Of a stretch of DNA of 64,000 nt, positions 9,911 to 20,915 are shown one piece after another. The DNA is from Candidatus Multivoradales bacterium (lineage in GTDB: Bacteria > Acidobacteriota > Thermoanaerobaculia > Multivoradales > JAHEKO01). Under the pieces are notes generated by a model. It had not been told where the DNA came from, searched no databases, and saw nothing but the letters and a program-made list of their open reading frames with translations. The number at the start of each line of letters is the position of its first letter. Positions within the stretch are counted from its first letter, which is position 1. The stretch covers positions 64,001 to 128,000 of the forward strand of contig CBDFIJ010000004.1 in the NCBI GenBank assembly GCA_965248055.1, given 5' to 3'. Both the position numbers and the translations under genes were made by a program.

Positions 9911-10804
9911 CTAGAGCTTCGGTTCACCTCCAGTCAATCGACGGAAGGCCTCCAGGTAACGCTCTCGGGTTTCTCCAACCACTTCGTCAGGCAGCTTGGG
10001 CGGAGGAGGTTCATGATCCCAACCACTGGAGTCGAGCCAGTTGCGGACAAACTGCTTGTCCACCGAGACCGGCTCGGCGCCCATCTGCCACTGGCTGGCT
10101 TCCCAATAGCGCGAGGAATCCGGGGTTAGTACTTCGTCAATCAGGTGGATTTTGCCGTCGATCCAACCGAACTCGAACTTGGTGTCGGCGAGAATCAGTC
10201 CAGCCTCCCGGGCAGCCTCTGCACCCTGACGATAGAGCTCCATGGTCAAGGTCCGCAGTTTGGCGCTGACTTCGCTACCCAGTGCTTGTTCCATCACCGC
10301 GTAGCTGATGTTCTCGTCGTGCCCGGTTTCGGCCTTGGTGGCCGGGGTGAAAATCGGCTCCGGTAGCGGTGCCGCCAACTCAAGACCCGCGGGGAGTGAG
10401 ATACCGCAGACTGTCTGATTTGACCGATACTCACGATAGCCGCTGCCAGCCAAGTAGCCTCGGGCGACACATTCAAAGGGAATCACTTCCGCTCGACGGA
10501 CCCAGGCAGAGCGGCCAGCCAGTTGGTCACGCACCGCGTGGAATCGATCGGGGAAGTCTTCCACTTCGGTGGCCACCAGATGATTGGGCACCACCTCGGC
10601 TACTTTGGCAAACCAGAAGTTAGTGAGTTGGTGAAGGATCTTCCCTTTGTCAGGAATCGGCGGATCCAAAACGCTGTCGTAGGCGGAAATCCGGTCGCTG
10701 GCGACCAACAAAAGGTGGTCTTCAAAGTCGTAGATATCCCGTACTTTTCCCTGCCGTGGAGTGGGGAAATCAGCGCCGAGTCCGGTCGAGTTGGGGTGAT
10801 GCAT
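9911..10804 (-). CDS. purC: SAICAR synthetase
   Basis: GKVRDIY, SDRISAYD, ADTKFEFG, DEVLTPDSSRYW, DKQFVR. Confidence 0.97.
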   Translation of the reverse strand: MHHPNSTGLGADFPTPRQGKVRDIYDFEDHLLLVASDRISAYDSVLDPPIPDKGKILHQLTNFWFAKVAEVVPNHLVATEVEDFPDRFHAVRDQLAGRSAWVRRAEVIPFECVARGYLAGSGYREYRSNQTVCGISLPAGLELAAPLPEPIFTPATKAETGHDENISYAVMEQALGSEVSAKLRTLTMELYRQGAEAAREAGLILADTKFEFGWIDGKIHLIDEVLTPDSSRYWEASQWQMGAEPVSVDKQFVRNWLDSSGWDHEPPPPKLPDEVVGETRERYLEAFRRLTGGEPKL

Positions 10805-10836
10805 CGGCGAATTCTAGCCGAGTCCAGAGGAAAAAA

Positions 10837-12768
10837 TTAGTGCCAAATCGGTTCTGGCAGCCAGGGAAATTGGGCTTGATCAACTGCCTCAAAAACTGTG
10901 TCTTCTCCCCAGTCTTGGCGGTCCACCACTTCGAAGACCTCGATTGGCGCCAATCCCTTAAATTCTGCAAAACCGCGGTGTGAAACTCCAACTTCGAGCT
11001 GGCTTTCAGTATCTCTAGATAGGTCCATGACCAAGAACTCGCGGCTGGAGTCCTGAAACCGACCAACGCCTCCACGGTGTAAAGCGATCAGACGGGCAAG
11101 AAACTGGGCGGTGATGACGATGCCCTCGTTGACCAGGGTTCCATTGGGATTGACATAGGCCCAGAAGCGTCGGGTTTCGGTCGCTTCGTCCACCAAATTG
11201 ATTTGTCGCTGCTCGAAGCGGGAAAAAAAGCGATTGACTTCGCGCCGTTGGTATCCGGCACCTACCAGCAATTTCTTGACCTCCTGCAGGTTGCGGCTGA
11301 CCTTGCCAGAGACCAGTCGGGATATCTCGACAATGCCTGGACCAAACAATTGCCCGTCGAGTTCCCGCCCTGCGGGTGCTGAGGCGACCAAACGGTAGGC
11401 ACCCCAGTTGGCGGCCAACCGCATTCCCCCTGAAAACACCATGCCTTGATCCACTGCGTGACGGTAGGCGCGCTGGATCTCGACGGCAACAGCAAGCACC
11501 GTCCGCGCCGATCGATTAGAGGAAAAGAGCACTCCGTCGCCGAAGTGTTTTTCCATCACCATGCCATTGCGCCGCGCCGCAGCTTGTACTCGTCGTTGAA
11601 AAAAGAAGAACTTGCGCAACGCAGTTTCTCGATCGGCGGTCGGCAGCACCTCGAGCGATGCCATGATCGAAGAGAAGTTGGTGATGTCGTAGCGCAAACC
11701 AAAACGCTGCACGGTGAGTCCTGCTGATTCGCCCGAGAAGATCGACATCGGTCTTTGTTCTGCGGCAAAATGTACCGGTTTTGCCCCTGGTCGTGGCGCA
11801 GTATCCACCCAACCCTGCTGATCGCGTTCGACGACGAATACCTGCCGTCGGTTTTCGTCCAGGATGTCGAACTGGCGCAGGCGGCGATGCAGCTCTTCCC
11901 ACACCGCCGCTTCTTGGAGACTGGGAGCACCTTCACCTCCGTTGTCGGCGAAACGCGCCAAGACACCCGGCCAGTCGGCCTCAAGCGATCCCTCTCCGGC
12001 CAGCTCCAAGTGGTCTCGCAACCACTCTGGAGTGGTCAACACCATGGAACGCAAGGCATTTTCAGCACTTCGCATGCGTTCAAGGAATTGCTCTCCAGGA
12101 AGGCCCCAGAGAGACTCGGCGTAGCCACCGAGTTGCCAGATGGTTGGTTTTTCGGCGTGGGCGAAGATCAATACATTGTCACGAAGCAGGGTTAGCAGAT
12201 GGGGAAAGACCTCGACCTCTGCTTCAAAGCTATGCATCGCGACTTCTGCTGCCGCGCTCGCGGTCCAGTGCCAGATACTCCCGGCGTAGCTGCGCACGGA
12301 GCTATAGATCACGGCCGGGTCCACCGCATCACGATCGGTTACGCCGAGCACTTCGGCAATGAGCTCAGGTAGCAAGGTCGCGACCGACAGTGAGTTGTGT
12401 AGGCAAAACACCGCAGGTAGGGAGTCGTTGCCAGCTAGCAGCAACCCTCGAATGGTGTTGCGGTACATATTCTCGAAGTGCTTCTGCCGCTTTTCGCTCT
12501 GATCCGGGAACACATCCACGAGACCTGCGGTGTTGCGCACTGTGACTTCAAGAAATCCCCGCAATGCGGCCTGAAACGCCATCCGCCGGGGAGTGCTCTC
12601 CACTGTGAACCCGTGTACAGAGGAGCCGCTCGGTTCGGCAAATTCCAAGATACGCGGTTGAGGAAGGGCGATCGATGGCGCGATCATAGGAGCCAGGTGG
12701 CCGGGGACGGCCTCTCTCCGGCTCGAGGAAGTCGTCAGATTGTCTGCGGATAATCTTTGCCTGCGCAT
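10837..12768 (-). CDS. Hypothetical protein with divergent class III nucleotidyl cyclase-like C-terminal domain (start uncertain, 12768 or 12687)
   Basis: RYDITNFS, EKHFGDGVLF, GMRLAANWG, FGPGIVEISRL, RGFAEFKG match the cyclase motif order. Confidence 0.55.
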   Translation of the reverse strand: MRRQRLSADNLTTSSSRREAVPGHLAPMIAPSIALPQPRILEFAEPSGSSVHGFTVESTPRRMAFQAALRGFLEVTVRNTAGLVDVFPDQSEKRQKHFENMYRNTIRGLLLAGNDSLPAVFCLHNSLSVATLLPELIAEVLGVTDRDAVDPAVIYSSVRSYAGSIWHWTASAAAEVAMHSFEAEVEVFPHLLTLLRDNVLIFAHAEKPTIWQLGGYAESLWGLPGEQFLERMRSAENALRSMVLTTPEWLRDHLELAGEGSLEADWPGVLARFADNGGEGAPSLQEAAVWEELHRRLRQFDILDENRRQVFVVERDQQGWVDTAPRPGAKPVHFAAEQRPMSIFSGESAGLTVQRFGLRYDITNFSSIMASLEVLPTADRETALRKFFFFQRRVQAAARRNGMVMEKHFGDGVLFSSNRSARTVLAVAVEIQRAYRHAVDQGMVFSGGMRLAANWGAYRLVASAPAGRELDGQLFGPGIVEISRLVSGKVSRNLQEVKKLLVGAGYQRREVNRFFSRFEQRQINLVDEATETRRFWAYVNPNGTLVNEGIVITAQFLARLIALHRGGVGRFQDSSREFLVMDLSRDTESQLEVGVSHRGFAEFKGLAPIEVFEVVDRQDWGEDTVFEAVDQAQFPWLPEPIWH

Positions 12769-13019
12769 AGGGTGCCAACTTAACGCTGTGCCGAAGGATA
12801 CCGTTTTCACCCGTCTGGAGACCGACTCTGGGCAAAATGGCGGCCTCTGGAGAGAGGTTGCTAGACTGCACTCACAAGTTGGGGTCTGGGCTAATCTTGG
12901 GTTCAATGCCCAGATTGGCGAACCGACTATCGGCTCTGGGAGTCCTGTCAGATCTGGGAGTCGCTATTATGCCTGGGCAACCTCAGGGGCCCGAGCAGAA
13001 CCTAGGGAGCGTTTGGCAC

Positions 13020-14468
13020 ATGCAAGTTGTTTTTCCTCGCAGCAAGGTGGTCAAGGCCGACTGCTACCTGATCTCGGGGGGGCCGGATGGGTTGCCTCCC
13101 CTGAACCGACTTCCAACTGGGGTCGCGACTGCCGCCAAGAGCCTCTGGCAGCAATTGGCGGTCGACTCTGGGAGTCGGCGCTATCAGCGAGGGCACAGCT
13201 CCCAAGGCCAGGCGGTGGTGGTCCACAAGCTCAAATCGGGAGAAGCGTTGATCCACGAACGGCTCGATGGATGGAGTCGCAAAGTCAACCTCTTGGCGCA
13301 GGACCTAGGGTGTGACGTGGCGGTGGTCTTGGCGCGCTCCGCGGCGCAGGATTCAGGACACGCGCAGCGCGTGCTGACCGCGCTGGCTCTAGTTGATTAC
13401 AAGTTCGATCGTTTTCGTTCGGATTCGAAGAAAAGCGCTGCGCGCCGCGCTTTGTTGGTGCCTCCGAGAGCCGACGCCAAAGTCTTCTCGGAGAATCGAA
13501 AACTTTCGATAGCTTTGGCCGACGGAATCACCTGGACCCGGGATCTAGCCAATGCCCCACCCAATGTCGCCACCCCGGTGTGGATGGCAGAGCAAGCCAG
13601 AAGTCATTTTCGCTCGCTCGGTGCCCGGGTCGAGGTACTGAGTCCCAAAGCGATGGCGCAGCGAGGCATGGGTGGTTTACTGGCAGTCGGGGCCGGTTCC
13701 AGCAACCCACCACGATGCGTGCGCATTCGCATCGGTACTCGCGGCACGAAGATCGCCTTGGTCGGCAAGGGCGTTACCTTCGATACCGGCGGAATTTCCA
13801 TCAAACCCGCAGCGGCGATGGATGAAATGAAGTACGACAAATCGGGTGCCTGTGCGGTGCTCGGTGTGGGGCGTACCGTGGCGCAGCTGAAGTTGCCGAT
13901 TCGCTTGGAAATCTATGTCCCATTGGCGGAAAACATGCTTGATGGGTCGTCCTACCGTCCCGGCGATATCGTCGAGTGTATGAACGGCAAAACCGTGGAG
14001 ATTCTCAACACCGATGCTGAAGGTCGGATGATTTTGGCTGACGCCCTGACCTGGGCGGTGCGCGGCAAACCGGAGCACATTGTTGACTACGCAACTTTGA
14101 CTGGCGCGTGCGTAGTGGCTCTGGGCGAAAAGACCGCCGGGCTGTTTAGCGATGACGACCAAACCGCGGAAGCCTTGCTGGATGCCGCCTCGACGAGTGG
14201 CGAATATCTATGGCGACTGCCGCTGTTTGAGCACTTCAGCCAGCAGATCAAGGGCCACCACGGGGATCTCAAGAACGTCGGACCAAGGTGGGGCGGAGCT
14301 TCGACCGCGGCCGCCTTTCTCAAGGAGTTTGGCGGCGATGCCAAGAGTTGGACTCACATTGATTTGGCCGGACCGGCCTGTTTGCCTTCCGCCGGCAATG
14401 GACGCAAAGAGGCCACCGGTTACGGAGTCGCGCTAACCGTCCAGTGGTTGCGAAGCCTCAGCGGATGA
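13020..14468 (+). CDS. pepA: Leucyl aminopeptidase (M17)
   Basis: VGKGVTFDTGG, MKYDKSGA, NTDAEGRM, ATLTGA. Confidence 0.95.
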   Translation: MQVVFPRSKVVKADCYLISGGPDGLPPLNRLPTGVATAAKSLWQQLAVDSGSRRYQRGHSSQGQAVVVHKLKSGEALIHERLDGWSRKVNLLAQDLGCDVAVVLARSAAQDSGHAQRVLTALALVDYKFDRFRSDSKKSAARRALLVPPRADAKVFSENRKLSIALADGITWTRDLANAPPNVATPVWMAEQARSHFRSLGARVEVLSPKAMAQRGMGGLLAVGAGSSNPPRCVRIRIGTRGTKIALVGKGVTFDTGGISIKPAAAMDEMKYDKSGACAVLGVGRTVAQLKLPIRLEIYVPLAENMLDGSSYRPGDIVECMNGKTVEILNTDAEGRMILADALTWAVRGKPEHIVDYATLTGACVVALGEKTAGLFSDDDQTAEALLDAASTSGEYLWRLPLFEHFSQQIKGHHGDLKNVGPRWGGASTAAAFLKEFGGDAKSWTHIDLAGPACLPSAGNGRKEATGYGVALTVQWLRSLSG

Positions 14469-15520
14469 GCGAAGCGTTTCAACTCGAAGTCCAAGGCCTG
14501 AGCGTTGAGTTCCCGGGGCACGAAGGCGCTCTGCGCGCGGTACGCGATGTTGATTTCTCGCTGTCAAGTGGAGAGTTCGTCGGCTTGGTGGGGGAGTCGG
14601 GGTCGGGCAAATCCGTCACCGCGTTGACTTGCCTGGGGTTGACCCCGGCGCCAGGTCGCATCGCCAGCGGCTCGATCAAGATCCAAGGGCAAGAGTTGCA
14701 GCAAATGTCTGCCGAGGAGCTGCGTCGAGTGCGGGGCGGCCAGATCGGTTTTGTGTTTCAAGAGCCGATGACGGCACTTAATCCGGTCCTGACTGTTGGC
14801 TTTCAGATTCGCGAGGCGATCCGCGCCCACAAATCGGTGACCAAGAAGGAAGCGCAAGGGATTGCCATTGACCTACTGCGCGAGGTCGCCCTGCCCAATC
14901 CGGAGCAAAGAGTTCGCAGCTATCCGCACGAACTTTCCGGCGGGCAGCGTCAGCGGGTCATAGTGGCGATGGCCCTGGCCGCCGAACCCAGGCTCTTGCT
15001 CGCCGATGAGCCCACCACCGCTCTCGACGTAACCATCCAGGCACAGATCTTGGAGTTGTTTCAACGCCTGCGCGAAGAGCGGGGCTTGGGCATTCTGTTG
15101 ATCACCCACGATCTCGGCGTAGTCGCCGAAACTTGCCAGCGGGTGGTGGTGATGTACGCCGGCGAAGTGGTGGAGAAGGCCCCGGTTGAAGAGCTATTTC
15201 GGCACCCGCGTCACCCTTATACCCAAGCGCTGATGGCTGCCCTGCCACGCCTTGATCACCGGCAACAGCGGATGGCAGCGATTGAAGGCATGATCCCCAA
15301 TCCAGCGGCTTTGCCTCCCGGATGCGCCTTCGAGCCGCGCTGCCCCCATGCCTTTGCGCTCTGCGCCGAGAGCACTCCCCCGATCTACTCGATCGCGGCC
15401 GACCGAAGTTCACGTTGCTATCTAGAAGACCCGGAGTTAAGCCCATCCAGTGCCGCCAGCGCCACTGGCGCTGCCATTACCCTTGAAGCAAACACCAACC
15501 CCGAGAGTCCTCAGCCGTGA
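14465..15520 (+). CDS. Oligopeptide/dipeptide ABC transporter ATP-binding subunit (OppD/DppD-like)
   Basis: [38 protein letters not shown]. Confidence 0.92.
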   Translation: MSEAFQLEVQGLSVEFPGHEGALRAVRDVDFSLSSGEFVGLVGESGSGKSVTALTCLGLTPAPGRIASGSIKIQGQELQQMSAEELRRVRGGQIGFVFQEPMTALNPVLTVGFQIREAIRAHKSVTKKEAQGIAIDLLREVALPNPEQRVRSYPHELSGGQRQRVIVAMALAAEPRLLLADEPTTALDVTIQAQILELFQRLREERGLGILLITHDLGVVAETCQRVVVMYAGEVVEKAPVEELFRHPRHPYTQALMAALPRLDHRQQRMAAIEGMIPNPAALPPGCAFEPRCPHAFALCAESTPPIYSIAADRSSRCYLEDPELSPSSAASATGAAITLEANTNPESPQP

Positions 15521-16596
15521 CTTTGGGTTCTTCCTCGGAGCAGCGATCACCGGTGTTGTTGCGGACGCGGGGGTTGTCCAAGTCGTTCACCGCCGGTTCA
15601 GGATGGAGTTGGGGCCGCGACCAAGCTCCGGTTCGAGCGCTGGTCGACATCGACCTTGAGCTCCACCATGGAGAGTGCTTGGCAGTGGTAGGTGAGTCGG
15701 GCAGCGGTAAGACCACCTTGGCCCGCTTGCTAATGCGTTTGGATGCTGCCGACTCGGGCACCTTGGAGTTCGATGGCACCGACCTGTTGTCGCTCACTGG
15801 GGGGGCGCTGCGGCGCCAGCGTCGACGATTTCAAATGGTCTTCCAGGATCCCTTTGGCTCGCTCAATCCGAGAATGAAAGTGGGCACTGCGATCGCCGAA
15901 CCGCTCAAAATCCACCACATCGTTCCACCGTCCGGGGTCAAGAAGAGAGTCCTGGAGTTACTCAAAATGGTGGGTTTGGAGAGCGATGTCGCCGAACGTT
16001 ACCCACATCAATTTTCAGGTGGGCAGCGACAACGGATCGGAATCGCTCGTGCGTTGGCCACCGAGCCGGATCTCCTGATTGCCGACGAGCCGGTTTCGGC
16101 GCTCGACGTGTCGGTCCAGGCTCAGGTGCTCAACCTGCTGATGGATCTGCGCCAAGAACTAGGGCTGACCATGCTGTTTATCACCCACGACATGGCGGTG
16201 GTACGACAGGTGGCCGATCGAGTGGCAGTGCTCTATTTGGGGAGAATCGTCGAACAAGGCCCTGCAGATGCGGTGCTCGAGGACGCAGCACACCCCTATA
16301 CCCAATGCTTGCTCGACAGCGTGCCCTATCCCGATCCCAGTCGGGCAAGACTGCGAACCGCGGCCCAAGGCGAGCCCCCTGACCCGGCCCATCCGCCGAC
16401 CGGTTGCGCCTTCCATCCTCGGTGTCCTCGCGCCGAGCAACAGTGTAGGGAAAGGATTCCCGAGCTGGTCGCATCCAACGAAATAATGGGTGGTGATTCG
16501 GACCCAAACGCGAGCTTGATGAGCGCGTGTTTTCTACCCGGTAGGCGGACAGAAATCGCCCGCACAACGGCCACCGAGAAATCCGCACCGGAATAG
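15517..16596 (+). CDS. Oligopeptide/dipeptide ABC transporter ATP-binding subunit (OppF/DppF-like)
   Basis: GESGSGKTT, FQDPFGSLNPR, FSGGQRQRIGIARAL, GCAFHPRC. Confidence 0.92.
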   Translation: MTLGSSSEQRSPVLLRTRGLSKSFTAGSGWSWGRDQAPVRALVDIDLELHHGECLAVVGESGSGKTTLARLLMRLDAADSGTLEFDGTDLLSLTGGALRRQRRRFQMVFQDPFGSLNPRMKVGTAIAEPLKIHHIVPPSGVKKRVLELLKMVGLESDVAERYPHQFSGGQRQRIGIARALATEPDLLIADEPVSALDVSVQAQVLNLLMDLRQELGLTMLFITHDMAVVRQVADRVAVLYLGRIVEQGPADAVLEDAAHPYTQCLLDSVPYPDPSRARLRTAAQGEPPDPAHPPTGCAFHPRCPRAEQQCRERIPELVASNEIMGGDSDPNASLMSACFLPGRRTEIARTTATEKSAPE

Positions 16597-16677
16597 CAGG
16601 CCGAGCTGGAACTTTTCCGTTCTCGGTGCGTAGTGTGAAGAGTTGAGCTGCTGATCTGCACAAGGAGGATTCCCAAT

Positions 16678-18246
16678 TTGAGTACGTTTCCATTTTTATC
16701 CATTCGCGCCGCGCTGCTGGCGGTAGTGTTGTTTTTTATTGCCGGAACGATGTCGGCACAATCCGTGACCGTCGAGGACGGGGCGGTCCACCTGTCGTTG
16801 GAAGAGGCGGTCGCACTTTCCCTCGAACGCAACTTAGGGCTCAAAGTTGAACGCTTTCGTTTGCAGGAATCTGAGTGGGCCCTTTCTGGCAGCCAGGGGA
16901 TCTACGACCTCAACTTGACGGGTCGACTGTCTGCGTTTGACGAAGCATCCCCCTCGGCCTCCAATTTGGATGGTGCGGATATTCAGATCTCAGAGCAACA
17001 GGGATGGGTCCTGGGTTTGGAGCAGCTGGTGACAACCGGCGGTAGGCTCAACTTGGATTGGAACAATTCTCGATTTGAATCCAACTCAAGATTCGCCAGC
17101 TTGAATCCTCGCTACCGTTCCGACTTGGACCTGACCTTTACCCAGCCGCTGCTGCGAGACCTGGGAAAGGACAGCACGGACTACCGGATCAAGGTAGCGC
17201 GTAACAATCTTGAGATCTCCAAGGAGACTTTTGAACGCCAGGTCACCACCACGGTGAGCACCGCAAAGCAGCTCTACTGGAATTTAGTCGACGCCAAGCG
17301 CCAGCTTGAAGTCGACACCGATTCTTTGGGGCTCGCGCAGCGTTTGCACCAACAAAACGACATCAAGGTTGAAGTCGGCACGATGGCACCCCTGGAGCTG
17401 GTGCAAAGCAAAGTCGGTGTCGCAGAGCGGGACGAAGCGGTAATCCGTTCTGAAGCGGCGGTTTTCAATGCCGAAGACGCGTTACGCCAGTTTCTGAGCA
17501 TGGAGAGCGAGTACTGGGCGATGGCCATTGAACCGACCACCCCAGCGGAGACCGAGACCATGTCGATTGATGTCGATGCTGGCATCGCCGCAGCGCTGGA
17601 GTACCGTCCCGATCTGCGAACCCAGAGACTCTCGATCGACAATCTAATGCTAGATGAAGAATTCTATCTCAACCAGAGATTGCCGCGCCTCGATCTGTCA
17701 GCGACCTACGGCTACAACGGCCTGGGGGGTGACGTCACTAATCGTGATTTCTTTACCGGGGAGATCTTGGACCAGTCGTCCGGTAGTTACAGCGACGCTC
17801 TGAATCAAGTCACCGGCGGTGACTTCGATGGCTGGAATGTCGCCCTGAATTTGGTGATGCCAATTCAGAACCGATCTGCCGAAGCGCAATCCGCGATCTC
17901 CTCGATCGCCCGGGAGCGTGGTGAAGCAGAGTTGGCAGATCTGGAAGCGACGATCTCCGCTGAGGTACGACGAATCGCTCGTACCGTACAAACCGCCGCT
18001 GCCCTGATTGAGAGTACAACTGCCTCGCGAGGTCTGGCGGAAGAGAACCTGAGCGCTGAGGAAAAACGATTCGAGAACGGGCTCTCCACCAGCTACCAAG
18101 TCCTGGAGATTCAAGAGAATCTGACCCAGGCGCGCACCCGTGAAGTTCTCGCCATTACCGGTTATCGCAAAGCCTACGTCGAGTATCTAAGGGTCACCGG
18201 ACAGTTGCTGGAAGACGCCGGGATCGACGTGGGAACCGATCAGTAG
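16678..18246 (+). CDS. TolC-family outer membrane efflux protein
   Basis: Signal peptide, LSLEEAVALSLERN, helical repeats, RFENGLSTSYQVL. Confidence 0.88.
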   Translation: MSTFPFLSIRAALLAVVLFFIAGTMSAQSVTVEDGAVHLSLEEAVALSLERNLGLKVERFRLQESEWALSGSQGIYDLNLTGRLSAFDEASPSASNLDGADIQISEQQGWVLGLEQLVTTGGRLNLDWNNSRFESNSRFASLNPRYRSDLDLTFTQPLLRDLGKDSTDYRIKVARNNLEISKETFERQVTTTVSTAKQLYWNLVDAKRQLEVDTDSLGLAQRLHQQNDIKVEVGTMAPLELVQSKVGVAERDEAVIRSEAAVFNAEDALRQFLSMESEYWAMAIEPTTPAETETMSIDVDAGIAAALEYRPDLRTQRLSIDNLMLDEEFYLNQRLPRLDLSATYGYNGLGGDVTNRDFFTGEILDQSSGSYSDALNQVTGGDFDGWNVALNLVMPIQNRSAEAQSAISSIARERGEAELADLEATISAEVRRIARTVQTAAALIESTTASRGLAEENLSAEEKRFENGLSTSYQVLEIQENLTQARTREVLAITGYRKAYVEYLRVTGQLLEDAGIDVGTDQ

Positions 18247-18309
18247 GCTCGACGATCCGGAGCCGGTAAACTGTGAAGTGTCCCGCTGAAATCGGGATCT
18301 AAGGAGGTT

Positions 18310-19008
18310 GTGATGACAGCGATTCAAAACTTTATCGGAGTGTTGAGTTCCCCCAGTAAGACTTTTGAGGCGATTCGCGCTAACCCCAAATGGGTCGTGG
18401 CCGCAGTGATCCTGATTGCGGTTGCGCTGGCGGGCCAGTTGATCGCTTTTCCCAAGATCGATTGGGAGGAGATCGCTAGAGTCCAAATTGAGGCGTCCAA
18501 TCGCCCAATGACCGAAGCGCAGATTGAGCAGGGCGTGGAAATGGGAGCCAAATTTGGATCATGGGCTGCACTCGGTACCGCGGTTCTGGGTTTCCCAATC
18601 GTGTGGCTGATTACCGCGTTACTGATGTGGGTGCTGATCCGGATGCTCGGCGGCCTGGACCTGAGTTACCCCCAGAGCCTCGCGACCACTATCTATTCCA
18701 TGGCTCCCTGGATCATCCACACTATTCTGTCCATCCCCTTGCTGTTGATGCGCAAGGAGATTTCCGCTGAGGAACTACAATCCGGTGGGGTACTCAAACA
18801 CGGCCTGGCTTCGTTTATTGACGCCGAAGGACCGATGCTGCAATTTCTCACCTCGTTCAATGTCTTCACCATTTGGACCGTGATCTTGATGGGGATAGGT
18901 TTTGCAATCGTCGGCAAGGTATCCAAGGGAAAAGCGTTTGGTGCCGTCCTCGCTGTCTGGGTGATCGGAATTCTGCTCAAGGTTGGAAGCGCCAGCTTGG
19001 GTGGCTAG
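18310..19008 (+). CDS. Yip1-family membrane protein
   Basis: GVLSSPSKTFEAI start, multiple TMs, position in a MacAB-type operon. Confidence 0.75.
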   Translation: MMTAIQNFIGVLSSPSKTFEAIRANPKWVVAAVILIAVALAGQLIAFPKIDWEEIARVQIEASNRPMTEAQIEQGVEMGAKFGSWAALGTAVLGFPIVWLITALLMWVLIRMLGGLDLSYPQSLATTIYSMAPWIIHTILSIPLLLMRKEISAEELQSGGVLKHGLASFIDAEGPMLQFLTSFNVFTIWTVILMGIGFAIVGKVSKGKAFGAVLAVWVIGILLKVGSASLGG

Positions 19009-19041
19009 TCGGCTGATCGACTGCAGCAGGAGCGCACGAAA

Positions 19042-20232
19042 ATGAAACGCACTTGGATCATCATTGGTGTGGTCGCGCTGTTAGCCGCGATCGTTGCCGC
19101 CAGCTTTTTTGGCAGCAATCGTAAGCCGAAAGGGGAGCGCGCCTATTTAGAGACGGTTGAGCGGCAGACCATCCAACGGGTGGTCAAGGCTCGGGGCGAA
19201 GTCGACCCTCGGGTCAAGGTCGATCTGTCTGCTCACGTAATTGCCAAGATCGAAACCCTGCATGTCAAGGAGGGCGATGACGTAGTCGCCGGTCGGCCGG
19301 TGGTCGATCTTGAGAAAGAAAACTTCGCCGCCAACCGCAAGCGAGCGGCTGCCGATCTACAGATTCAGCAGTCACGGTGGCGCCAGGCAGAAATCGAGGT
19401 CGAGGACCAGCAATTGAAGCTGGCCCGTGTTGAACGCCTATTTGCCGAGCAGATCTTTTCCCAAGGCGATCTGGAGGCGGCACAATTGGCGACTCGCTCG
19501 GCTGAACTACGGCGCGAACAGGCGCGCAGTGGAATCCTCCAGGCTCGCGCGACCCTCGACAAAGCCACCGACGACCTGGAGAAAACCACGATCTACGCGC
19601 CGATCTCTGGCCGGGTGATTCAGCTCAACGCCGAAGAGGGCGAGGTGGTGGTTTCCGGCACCATGAATAACCCTGCCTCGGTGATCGGCACTATCGCCGA
19701 TCTTTCCGAACTGCTGGCAGTGGTCGATGTTGATGAGACCGAAATCATCCATGTGCAACTCGACCAAGAGGCGGTTCTCCATGTCGACGCCAACCGAGAG
19801 GTTCGTTATCAGGGGCGAGTGGTGGAAATCGGCAATGCAGGTTTTGAACGCGCCGGCCAGCGCGATGTGACTTTCTTCGAGGTCAAGGTCCTGTTCACCA
19901 ATCCCGACGATGCTTTGAAAGCAGGCATGTCGGTGCGCGCGGAGATTGAGACCGCCGAAGTGGAGGACGCCTTGGTGGTTCCAGTGCAAGCGGTGATTCA
20001 GCGCAGTCTCGATGACTCTGACCAAGAGCAGTCGGTTGTTCTTACCGTGGTCTACGGCACCGTCAGCGAGGCCCCCATCACCACCGGAATTTCCAACATC
20101 ACCCACATCCAGGTTCTCAGTGGCGTGGAGGAAGGAGCCCAAGTGGTCACCGGACCGCACCGGGTGCAACGAGACCTCGAGGCGGGCGATTCGGTGCGAG
20201 AACGTCGTGGTGACGACGACGAGGACGAATAG
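19042..20232 (+). CDS. Efflux periplasmic adaptor (MacA-like)
   Basis: Lipoyl-like [26 protein letters not shown]. Confidence 0.9.
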   Translation: MKRTWIIIGVVALLAAIVAASFFGSNRKPKGERAYLETVERQTIQRVVKARGEVDPRVKVDLSAHVIAKIETLHVKEGDDVVAGRPVVDLEKENFAANRKRAAADLQIQQSRWRQAEIEVEDQQLKLARVERLFAEQIFSQGDLEAAQLATRSAELRREQARSGILQARATLDKATDDLEKTTIYAPISGRVIQLNAEEGEVVVSGTMNNPASVIGTIADLSELLAVVDVDETEIIHVQLDQEAVLHVDANREVRYQGRVVEIGNAGFERAGQRDVTFFEVKVLFTNPDDALKAGMSVRAEIETAEVEDALVVPVQAVIQRSLDDSDQEQSVVLTVVYGTVSEAPITTGISNITHIQVLSGVEEGAQVVTGPHRVQRDLEAGDSVRERRGDDDEDE

Positions 20233-20915
20233 TGTCGCTGATCGAACTCCGGGGAGTTCGCAAGACCTACCAGATGGGGCAGGAGACGATTCACGCCTTG
20301 GATGGAATCGACTTAGATATTGAAAACGGCGAGTACCTTGCCATCATGGGAGCTTCGGGATCCGGCAAGTCGACGATGATGAACGTGGTCGGTTGCCTGG
20401 ATCCACCGACTGAGGGCACCTACGTCCTCGATGGGGAGTCGGTAGACCAACTGTCCGATGAGGAGCTGGCCGGGATTCGCAACCGAAAGATCGGCTTTGT
20501 CTTCCAGACCTTTAACTTGTTGGCGCGCACCGACGCCCTGCGCAACGTCGAGTTGCCGTTGATCTATGCCGGACGCAAACGCTCCGAGCGGCGCGCGGCG
20601 GCGCGTAGAGCCCTAGAACAGGTCGGGCTGGGGGATCGTGTCGACCATCGTCCCAGTGAACTCTCTGGCGGCCAACGCCAACGGGTGGCTTTGGCGCGAG
20701 CCCTGGTCAACAATCCTTCGATCCTTCTCGCCGACGAACCCACCGGTAATCTCGACAGCGCTACCTCGGAAGAAATCATGGAGCTGTTTAGCAGCCTCCA
20801 CCAGCAAGGCAACACCGTGATCTTGGTGACCCATGAACACGACATCGCCGCCCACTGCCATCGAATCATCAGCTTGAAAGACGGCAAGGTTTTGAGTGAC
20901 GTGAGGAAGAGCTAG
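20232..20915 (+). CDS. MacB/LolD-type ABC ATP-binding protein
   Basis: [33 protein letters not shown]. Confidence 0.93.
   Translation: MSLIELRGVRKTYQMGQETIHALDGIDLDIENGEYLAIMGASGSGKSTMMNVVGCLDPPTEGTYVLDGESVDQLSDEELAGIRNRKIGFVFQTFNLLARTDALRNVELPLIYAGRKRSERRAAARRALEQVGLGDRVDHRPSELSGGQRQRVALARALVNNPSILLADEPTGNLDSATSEEIMELFSSLHQQGNTVILVTHEHDIAAHCHRIISLKDGKVLSDVRKS

Noticed and set aside
9568-10269. Many overlapping alternate-frame ORFs across the housekeeping genes
   Set aside because: Shadow ORFs typical of high-GC DNA overlapping well-supported genes.
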